Positions 1 to 7,023 of a DNA stretch of 17,529 nucleotides are shown here, one piece after another. The notes beneath the pieces were generated by a model that made no database searches, had not been told where the DNA came from, and saw only the letters and a list, made by a program, of their open reading frames with translations. Position numbers and translations under genes: made by a program. This stretch comes from Candidatus Odinarchaeota archaeon (GTDB lineage Archaea > Asgardarchaeota > Odinarchaeia > Odinarchaeales > Odinarchaeaceae). How positions within the stretch are numbered: position 1 is the stretch's first letter; each line of letters begins with the position of its first letter. The stretch spans positions 1 to 17,529 of the forward strand of contig JAWBON010000023.1 of the NCBI GenBank assembly GCA_038826135.1, written 5' to 3'.

Positions 1-171
1 TAGAGCTCTTGAAGTTATGTTACCGGTTTTTCTAAGGAGTTTCTGGATTGAGTTAAAGTTAAGTTTACCATAATTTGCTAACAACTCTATTATTGCAAAA
101 GTCCATTTTGTACAAATACTTTTGAAAGGGCAGTAATGGTCTATTTTAATCTCATCGCCGCTCGAGGACAT
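1..171 (-). CDS. HxlR/DUF24-family winged-helix transcriptional regulator, N-terminal 57 aa; runs off the left edge and is absent from the ORF track
   Basis: Manual translation from ATG at 171: MSSSGDEIKIDHYCPFKSICTKWTFAIIELLANYGKLNFNSIQKLLRKTGNITSRAL, no stop. It matches the HxlR pattern CP...KW..lI...L..G.l.Fn.l...l..IT.r.L. Confidence 0.85.
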   Translation of the reverse strand, partial: MSSSGDEIKIDHYCPFKSICTKWTFAIIELLANYGKLNFNSIQKLLRKTGNITSRAL

Positions 172-188
172 AAAGCTCAATATAAATT

Positions 189-215
189 AGTATACCATAT
201 ATATAAAATTATACT
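189..215. promoter_or_regulatory. Inverted repeat AGTATA-N15-TATACT enclosing a TATA-like tract in the divergent promoter region; candidate operator
   Basis: AGTATA at 189-194 and TATACT at 210-215 flank CCATATATATAAAAT, between the divergent starts at 171 and 285. The AT-rich context raises the chance of coincidence. Confidence 0.35.
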
Positions 216-284
216 GTTATATTTATATTAAAGAATAAATAGGCTGTAAAACGCCTATATAAGTCAAGTATAGGAGATTATTCT

Positions 285-1643
285 ATGAGAATTATAATTG
301 TAGGTTTTAACGCTGCTGGTTTAAGCGCGGCTGTAAATGCGCGTAAAACAAACTTGGACGCGGAGATAGTGGTGTATGAGAAAGAAAAGTATCCCGCCTA
401 TTCCAGATGCGGCATACCCTTTGTGATAAGCGGCGAGGTTAAGAGTTTTCAAGATTTAGTAGAGTACCCTGATGATTTTTATAAGAAAAATAAGATAGAA
501 ATTAACCTCAACTGCGAGGTAACATCTATAGATCCCGTTAATAAAAAAATTCATGGCGTTAAAGGTAATACTTCTTTCACAGATCACTATGATAAACTTA
601 TATTAGCAGTCGGAGGCACACCCAGAATCCCTCCTATTAAAGGCCTTGATAAAGAGAATGTCTTCTATGTTAGAACAATAAATGATGGTGAACGCATACT
701 TAAGGCTGCTAAAAAATATGAGAAATGTATAATCATAGGCGGTGGTTTAGTCGGTCTTGAAATGGCCGACGCGCTGTCAAAAATAGGTGTTAAAGTAACG
801 CTTATCGACCGGAAACCCCAGATTTTACCTAACCTACTAGACGCTGATATGACTAAGCGTATACTGCCCGAGTTCGGTAGAAGGGGTATAAGACTTATAC
901 TTAACGCTCGCTGCTCAGAGATAACTGGATCAGACCATGTTCAAGGTGTTAAAGTAAACGAGGAGATTATACCAGTAGACTTCGTAGTGGTATCAACAGC
1001 GGTTGATCCTAACGTGATGCTTGCTGTAAAAAGCGGCATAGAGCTTGGTGAGTTGGGAGCTATAAAAGTCAATATGAGAATGGAGACAAGTGTTAAAGAC
1101 ATATACGCTTGCGGTGACTGTGTTGAACTCCCTGATCTGATAACAGGAAGATCAAGCTGCTTCCAGGTTAGAACAGGAGCTGACTCAATGGGAGCTGTAG
1201 CTGGTATTAACGCAGCCGGCGGTTACTCAGTTCTACCGGCTATATTAATAGTTGGAATGGTGCAAATATTCGGTCTTCAAATAGCGCATGTAGGTTACAC
1301 TGAAAGAGATGCAAGACAGCGCGGTATAATTCCAATAGTCTCAGTGGTGGATGGTAAAACTAAAGCAGACTATTTCCCTGGGGCTAAATGGATAGAGGTT
1401 AAACTAATATTCGAGCTTGAATCAACAACACTAATAGGTGCTCAGCTTGTAGGGGAGGAGGGTGTCGCTATGAGAGCTATATTCCTATCCGCGGCTATGA
1501 CAAATAAAATGACGGCCTCAGAGCTTGCGAAACTTCACATAGGCTACACCCCCCCGTTAAACAATCACAGTGAACCGATATGCAGAGCTGCGGAAGCGGC
1601 TTTCGACTCTATAAAGATATGCTTGTTCAGAGTGCCTGAATAG
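285..1643 (+). CDS. FAD-dependent pyridine nucleotide-disulfide oxidoreductase (CoA-disulfide reductase / NADH oxidase / NAD(P)H:sulfur oxidoreductase family)
   Basis: N-terminal FAD motif IIVGFNAAGLSAA, single redox Cys in YSRCGIP, NAD(P)H motif GGGLVGLE, second FAD motif TSVKDIYACGD, C-terminal GYTPP dimerisation motif; SD AGGAG at 272-276. Confidence 0.92.
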   Translation: MRIIIVGFNAAGLSAAVNARKTNLDAEIVVYEKEKYPAYSRCGIPFVISGEVKSFQDLVEYPDDFYKKNKIEINLNCEVTSIDPVNKKIHGVKGNTSFTDHYDKLILAVGGTPRIPPIKGLDKENVFYVRTINDGERILKAAKKYEKCIIIGGGLVGLEMADALSKIGVKVTLIDRKPQILPNLLDADMTKRILPEFGRRGIRLILNARCSEITGSDHVQGVKVNEEIIPVDFVVVSTAVDPNVMLAVKSGIELGELGAIKVNMRMETSVKDIYACGDCVELPDLITGRSSCFQVRTGADSMGAVAGINAAGGYSVLPAILIVGMVQIFGLQIAHVGYTERDARQRGIIPIVSVVDGKTKADYFPGAKWIEVKLIFELESTTLIGAQLVGEEGVAMRAIFLSAAMTNKMTASELAKLHIGYTPPLNNHSEPICRAAEAAFDSIKICLFRVPE

Positions 1644-1706
1644 ACTGAGAATAATATTTAATTACATCCCCCAGAATAAGGTATTTGCTCTACGAGGTGA
1701 CATAGA

Positions 1707-2711
1707 TTGTATATGAAAATCATGGAGAAAGACTTAAACAGTTTCATATCGATACTAGGAGAGTTTGGGGTTGTTTACGGGCCTGTGAAGGAAACAGGAA
1801 AACTCTACAATTTCACAGAGATATCCGATTACCAGAGGCTAAGCTTAAACTATACCAGGACAATGATACCTCCTAAAAAATTTCTTTTAAAAACGAGGGA
1901 GCCCCTCTACCAACTGAACACTGAAAAAGGGTTCAATGAAATCCTTGATGATTCAAAGATTATTTTATTAGGAGTCCACCACTGTGACGTGAACGCGATA
2001 AACTTTTTAGATAAAGTTTACCTTAGCCAACTCTCAGATCCCTACTATAAAATGAGGCGTGAAAACACAATCATTATCGGTGTGAGCTGTCAACCAGATG
2101 GAAACTGTTTCTGCACATCCACTGGGTCAAGCTATGCTAACCAGGGATTCGACCTATTCCTACATGAAATAGATGATGGCTATCTTACCCGTATAGGTTC
2201 ATTAAAAGGTAATCAAATAATTCATAGATGTCAAGAAATATTTAGGGAAGCGTCAGCTTTAGATATAGAAAATTTTAAACAGGCTGAAGCTGAACGCTTG
2301 GAAAAAATATCTCTCAAACTTAATGTTAACGGTATTCAAGACATACTTGATCTCTCATATGAGAGTTCTGTATGGCGGGAGAATGCTGATATATGCTTCG
2401 GCTGCGGCTCATGTAATCTTGTATGTCCAACCTGCCGATGCTATGATGTTTTAGATTATTTAAAACTGGATTTAAAAAATGGTGTGAGGCTTAGAAGATG
2501 GGATAGTTGTATGCTAAAACAGCACGCTCTGGTAGCAGGCGGTCTTAATTTCAGACCGTCAAGGATTGAGCGCCTGTTTAACAGATTCAATTGTAAAATG
2601 AGTTTAAGCGAAGCCTCTTTAAATTGCGTCGGCTGCGGTAGGTGCACTGTATACTGTCCGGCTGATATAAACTTCGTAGAAGTACTAAAACAGGTGAGGG
2701 GTGAAGGTTGA
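1707..2711 (+). CDS. hydB: Group 3b [NiFe] sulfhydrogenase beta subunit (AsrA-like 4Fe-4S protein)
   Basis: Cys clusters CQPDGNCFC, CFGCGSCNLVCPTCRC and CVGCGRCTVYCP; TTG start with SD GAGGTGA at 1694-1700; first of four coupled genes. Confidence 0.92.
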   Translation: MYMKIMEKDLNSFISILGEFGVVYGPVKETGKLYNFTEISDYQRLSLNYTRTMIPPKKFLLKTREPLYQLNTEKGFNEILDDSKIILLGVHHCDVNAINFLDKVYLSQLSDPYYKMRRENTIIIGVSCQPDGNCFCTSTGSSYANQGFDLFLHEIDDGYLTRIGSLKGNQIIHRCQEIFREASALDIENFKQAEAERLEKISLKLNVNGIQDILDLSYESSVWRENADICFGCGSCNLVCPTCRCYDVLDYLKLDLKNGVRLRRWDSCMLKQHALVAGGLNFRPSRIERLFNRFNCKMSLSEASLNCVGCGRCTVYCPADINFVEVLKQVRGEG

Positions 2712-3592
2712 CATCTAATAATCCTTTAACACCGTTAGAGGCTGAAATAATTAAAATAGCGGATATGACAGGTATAGAAAAACTTTTAGATTTAAAGATT
2801 TCAGCCAGCGAAACCAACAGCAGATTAATTTACAAGCCAGGCCAATTCGTGGAGGTAAGTATACCCGGGGTGGGTGAAGCTCCAATATCTATATGTGACG
2901 CTCAACGGGATGAAAACCATCTACAATTATGTATTAGAAGAGTTGGAAGAGTGACAAATGCAATACACAGGCTCAAAGTTGGAGACAAGCTATGGATAAG
3001 GGGGCCGTATGGTAACGGTTTTCCTATGGAGCTTATGGAGAACCATAACCTCATACTAGTAGCTGGAGGTTTAGGCATAGCACCTTTAAGAAGTGTTCTC
3101 CAACATGCGCTTCTCAACAGAAACAGATATGGTTTAATAACCGTCATGTACGGAGTAAGATGTTACTCTATGATGCTATTCCGGGAAGAGTTCCTGAAAC
3201 TTTTCCGTGAAGGGGATAAGTTAAACGTTAAATTCCTATTAGCATACGAGGATAAAGAGGATAAGGAATGTTATCAACTAGCATGTGAGCGCAGCGATCG
3301 CTGTATGAGCGGTCTTGTAACTAAACTGGTTGAGTCAACCAGTATTTCACCAGATAAAACATACGCGGTTATATGCGGGCCTCCTGTAATGTATAAGTTT
3401 GTTGTTAAAGCATTAACGCAGAGAGGTTTCACTCCAGGCCAAATATACATGACGATGGAGCGGAGGATGAAGTGTGGAATAGGGAGGTGCGGTCACTGCA
3501 TAACCGGCTCCAGCAACTCTATAAAATATGTTTGCAAAGACGGGCCGGTATTCACCTACTGGGATGCTTTAAAAACAAGAGGTTTGATGTAA
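2708..3592 (+). CDS. hydG: Sulfhydrogenase gamma subunit (FAD/NAD(P)-binding, 2Fe-2S)
   Basis: PGQFV and GPYGNGF FAD-binding elements, VAGGLGIAPL NAD-binding motif, CGPP, and the 2Fe-2S signature RRMKCGIGRCGHC...VCKDGPVF; TTGA overlap with the hydB stop. Confidence 0.94.
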   Translation: MTSNNPLTPLEAEIIKIADMTGIEKLLDLKISASETNSRLIYKPGQFVEVSIPGVGEAPISICDAQRDENHLQLCIRRVGRVTNAIHRLKVGDKLWIRGPYGNGFPMELMENHNLILVAGGLGIAPLRSVLQHALLNRNRYGLITVMYGVRCYSMMLFREEFLKLFREGDKLNVKFLLAYEDKEDKECYQLACERSDRCMSGLVTKLVESTSISPDKTYAVICGPPVMYKFVVKALTQRGFTPGQIYMTMERRMKCGIGRCGHCITGSSNSIKYVCKDGPVFTYWDALKTRGLM

Positions 3593-4405
3593 ATGAATGT
3601 TTCTAAAAATAATGGTAAACCGAAGATAGGCGTGTTCAGTCTCACAGGATGCGCTGGAGACCAGTTAATGATACTGAATCTTGAAGATGAATTGCTAGAA
3701 CTTCTAACAAAATTTGATATAAAAGCGTTTCAAGAAGCCAGCAGCTACTATGAGAATTCGGAGCTGGATATTGCATTCGTAGAAGGCTCAGTCAGCACAG
3801 AGCATGATCTAAAGGTTTTAAAGAATATAAGAAGTAAATCTGCGCTTCTTGTTGCAATAGGCGACTGCGCTACTAACGGTTGCGTTCAAGCTATGCGAAA
3901 CAATCAAACAAGCATCGCTGAGAAAATGCTTGAAGTATACGGGGTTAAAGACAACATATACATGGCTGTTGAGCCTAAAGGCATAGGCGAATTCGTGAAA
4001 GTTGATTACGAGATCCCAGGATGCCCTATTGAAAAAGACGAAATCCTGAACGCTATGATCTCGCTTCTCCACGGTGATCCGCCGCTAATACCCGACCACC
4101 CTGTCTGCGTAGAATGTAAACTGAACGGCTACCCGTGTGTAATAGTGGAGGAGGGGAAACCGTGCCTGGGCCCTATTATAAAAGCTGGCTGTGACGCGCG
4201 TTGCCCGGGTTTAGGTTTAGACTGTATAGGATGCCGCGGGCTTATAACCGGTGAATCGAACGCTGAAGCGGAGCTTGAAGCCCTTAGAAAAAGAGGCTAC
4301 AGCGACAAATATATAATTAACAGGTTAAGATTCTTCGGAGGAAACTTCGACGATATAACTGTACTAGGCAAACCGAAACCTAGTGAAAAACGTGGTGATA
4401 AGTAA
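3593..4405 (+). CDS. hydD: Sulfhydrogenase delta ([NiFe] small) subunit
   Basis: LTGCAGDQ proximal motif, VEGSVS, AIGDCATNGC, IPGCP, VCVECK and CLGP...GCDARCP...CIGCRG Fe-S motifs; starts directly after the hydG stop. Confidence 0.94.
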   Translation: MNVSKNNGKPKIGVFSLTGCAGDQLMILNLEDELLELLTKFDIKAFQEASSYYENSELDIAFVEGSVSTEHDLKVLKNIRSKSALLVAIGDCATNGCVQAMRNNQTSIAEKMLEVYGVKDNIYMAVEPKGIGEFVKVDYEIPGCPIEKDEILNAMISLLHGDPPLIPDHPVCVECKLNGYPCVIVEEGKPCLGPIIKAGCDARCPGLGLDCIGCRGLITGESNAEAELEALRKRGYSDKYIINRLRFFGGNFDDITVLGKPKPSEKRGDK

Positions 4406-5697
4406 TGGATAGAGTGCTCAGAATAGATGAGATCACACGGGTTGAAGGCCACGGTGGAATAACAGTTATAATAGACGGTGACCATGTTAAAGACGTTACA
4501 ATGAACATATTTGAAGGCCCACGCTTCTTCGAGTCGATTATTAAAACCGTTTACTATGATAAAGTTCCTGACGTAATGCGTCGAATATGCGCTATCTGCA
4601 CAGCCTCACACAGCCTAGCTAGTATAAGAGCCATAGAAAACGCCTTCAATGTACAGGTAAGTGAGCAAACTCAAACACTAAGGGATCTACTAATAAACGG
4701 TGAAACAATAGAAAGCCACACGCTTCACGTGTTCATGCTCTCGCTACCAGACTATTTAGGTTATCCTGACGCTTTAAGAATGGCTTCAAAACATCCTGAA
4801 ATCGTTAAAGCCGCTCTGGAATTAAAGAAAGCTGGTAACATGATACATAACATACTCAGTGGAAGAGAGGTTCACGGAATGAATGAAAGAGTTGGTGGTT
4901 TTTCAAAAACCCCGAGTGAAAGAAAACTAGCCGCATTAAAAGAAGAATTGTTAAAGGTTAAAAAAACCGCGGAGCTAGCTGTGGAGCTTTTTGCTAAAAT
5001 ACAGCCGCTTGGATGCGTTGACTCAAATAATATCTTCATGGCGCTTGACCCTGGTGAACACTACGGCTTCATAGGGGATAGTGTTCTAATCTCGGACGGT
5101 AGCCGTTATCATATAAACGATTATCTTGAAATTATTAAAGAGAAAACAGTTAAACAATCCACAGCGAAGCTATCCACATATAAAAACACTCCTTTCATGG
5201 TTGGCGCCTTAGCCAGAATATTTCTAAACAAGGATAAGCTTGAAGGCACAGCTGAAACACTGTTTAAAACATACCGCTCCATTATAAATGAGAGGAACCC
5301 GCTTACAAATAATATAGCTCAAGCTATTGAACTAGTTCAAAGTGTTGAACGGGCTGTAACTTTAATTGATGAATTAAAATCTCGCAAACTTATTAGAGAG
5401 CATGTGCCGGTGGTTAACGTAAAAGAGGGCCGAGGGGTCGGCGCTGTGGAGGCACCGCGTGGAACACTATACCACGACTACACATTTGATAACAGGGGTT
5501 GTATAGTTAAATGCAATGTGATAACCCCCACAGCACAGAACATAGCTAGCATGGAGAAACATTATCGAGAAATCGCTGAGCGAATGATAAAAGAACAGGA
5601 TGATAAGATTAAATTCAATCTTGAATTACTCGCCAGAGCTTACGATCCCTGCATTTCATGTGCAACACATATTATACGGCTTAAACATAATCGGTAA
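4405..5697 (+). CDS. hydA: Sulfhydrogenase alpha ([NiFe] large) subunit, group 3b
   Basis: RVEGH, L1 motif RICAICTASH, EAPRG, L2 motif DPCISCATH plus an 8-aa C-terminal extension; TAATG overlap with hydD. Confidence 0.96.
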   Translation: MDRVLRIDEITRVEGHGGITVIIDGDHVKDVTMNIFEGPRFFESIIKTVYYDKVPDVMRRICAICTASHSLASIRAIENAFNVQVSEQTQTLRDLLINGETIESHTLHVFMLSLPDYLGYPDALRMASKHPEIVKAALELKKAGNMIHNILSGREVHGMNERVGGFSKTPSERKLAALKEELLKVKKTAELAVELFAKIQPLGCVDSNNIFMALDPGEHYGFIGDSVLISDGSRYHINDYLEIIKEKTVKQSTAKLSTYKNTPFMVGALARIFLNKDKLEGTAETLFKTYRSIINERNPLTNNIAQAIELVQSVERAVTLIDELKSRKLIREHVPVVNVKEGRGVGAVEAPRGTLYHDYTFDNRGCIVKCNVITPTAQNIASMEKHYREIAERMIKEQDDKIKFNLELLARAYDPCISCATHIIRLKHNR

Positions 5698-5780
5698 AAT
5701 CCACTATTACGCTTTAACTGTAATTTCATTATTAAAAATTACCTAGTTTATATAGCTTAGTTAGATAATCTGACGCTAAA

Positions 5781-5788
5781 TTATATAT
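5781..5788 (+). promoter_or_regulatory. TATA box for the small ORF at 5827
   Basis: TTATATAT preceded by an A-run, about 26 nt upstream of a GGGGGT SD-like site (5815-5820). Confidence 0.5.
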
Positions 5789-5826
5789 ACTTGTTCAAAC
5801 CACTGCTTAACAATGGGGGTTAAACC

Positions 5827-5991
5827 ATGCCCGGTTACAAGGTTTACGTTAAAAAAACAGGTAGTATGGGATCAATGGAGAAACTATGGGATGTAATCAC
5901 AGTGGAGGCTGAAACTGAAGAGGAGTTAAACGCCAAGGTATCTGAACTATCAAAGAAGGGCTGGAAGGTTTTCAGAATAAATAAAATATAG
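5827..5991 (+). CDS. Small hypothetical protein, 54 aa (below the ORF-track cutoff)
   Basis: MPGYKVYVKKTGSMGSMEKLWDVITVEAETEEELNAKVSELSKKGWKVFRINKI*. It has a TATA box, an SD GGGGGT 6 nt before the ATG and an amphipathic pattern, and it fills an otherwise empty 375-nt gap. Confidence 0.8.
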   Translation: MPGYKVYVKKTGSMGSMEKLWDVITVEAETEEELNAKVSELSKKGWKVFRINKI

Positions 5992-6021
5992 TAAATCTAT
6001 TTTTATCAGTTTACCTAACTA

Positions 6022-6029
6022 TTTAAATA
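6022..6029 (+). promoter_or_regulatory. TATA box for the AAA+/VWA pair
   Basis: TTTAAATA about 45 nt upstream of ATG 6073; SD-like GGTG at 6063-6066; a T5 tract at 6000-6004 could end the upstream transcript. Confidence 0.5.
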
Positions 6030-6072
6030 CCATATAGGTGAATTTCATATCGCTGTTTCAACGGTGTTAGTT

Positions 6073-7023
6073 ATGTCTAAGTTTAACTCTCTTACTGATG
6101 AAATTGTTAGCGGGTCATCCGTAGAGATAATAGCCCCGGATCCGAATGAATATATTCCAGTTGACGTACCACCATTCGTTGACACTAACAGTCAGACAGA
6201 TATAATAAAACTCCATCTGGAAGCACAGCCGCCGCAGCCCTTATTATTCATAGGTTTTAAGGGGACTGGTAAAACGCTCGCCTTCGCCAGTGTAGCATAC
6301 CAGCTAAAAATACCTATAATTCAAGCCGATCTAAGCGAGAACACTAAGCGCGGGGACCTTATAGGACGCTTTATACTACGCGGCTCAGATGTAGTATATC
6401 AGCTTGGAATACTACCCTCCGCGATATTAATAGCTAACAAGGTCGGTAAAGCTATCCTCGTATTAGAGGAGCTTAATGCTTTAACCCCTCAAATGCAAAA
6501 AGTTCTTAATCAACTGCTGGATTGGCGGGGCCAAATTCACGCACCTGAGATAGGTAAAATATTTAGGTTGAATAAGGGTTGTAAACTATTGATAGGAGCC
6601 ACTAGCAATCCCTCAAACTACGGAGGTGTCTTCGAGATAAACGAGGATCTTCGAAGCCGTTTTGCAACCCTATGGTTCGACTATCCTAAGAAGGATGATG
6701 AACTCCGAATCCTAAGAGCCTACAAATCATTTGATGATAAACTTAACGAGCTTCTGATAAGATTAGCTGTTGAAACCAGGAAGGCCGTTGATAGAAACGA
6801 GATTGAATACGCTCTCTCACCCAGAGACCTTGTAAGATTTACTCAGATAATGAAAATCTATGTTTCAAAATTTTCAGAAGAAGAAGCGTTGAAGAAGACA
6901 TTAGAGATAGTGGTTCTAGGTAAATATGAAGACATAGATGAAAGACAGTTAATAATGCGGAGAATAGAATCTATTTTCGGTTTAAAAATGGGCGGAGAGT
7001 CAAATGACTCAGAGACTAGCTGA
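6073..7023 (+). CDS. MoxR-family AAA+ ATPase, CbbQ/NirQ/NorQ-like (alternative GTG start at 6064)
   Basis: Walker A GFKGTGKT, GDLIGRFIL...YQLG motif as in CbbQ/NorQ, Walker B ILVLEELN, sensor-1 ATSNP, arginine finger LRSRF, C-terminal LSPRDL. Confidence 0.9.
   Translation: MSKFNSLTDEIVSGSSVEIIAPDPNEYIPVDVPPFVDTNSQTDIIKLHLEAQPPQPLLFIGFKGTGKTLAFASVAYQLKIPIIQADLSENTKRGDLIGRFILRGSDVVYQLGILPSAILIANKVGKAILVLEELNALTPQMQKVLNQLLDWRGQIHAPEIGKIFRLNKGCKLLIGATSNPSNYGGVFEINEDLRSRFATLWFDYPKKDDELRILRAYKSFDDKLNELLIRLAVETRKAVDRNEIEYALSPRDLVRFTQIMKIYVSKFSEEEALKKTLEIVVLGKYEDIDERQLIMRRIESIFGLKMGGESNDSETS

Noticed and set aside
2456-4485. Antisense ORFs 2456-2647, 2587-2817, 2902-3147, 3818-4072 and 4297-4485
   Set aside because: They lie wholly opposite well-supported hydrogenase genes, have no motifs or SD sites, and show typical shadow-ORF composition.
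1707-5697. Selenocysteine or frameshift recoding in the hydrogenase genes
   Set aside because: All Ni-binding ligands are ordinary Cys codons, the frames are intact, and the TGA at 2709-2711 is a true stop coupled to the next start.
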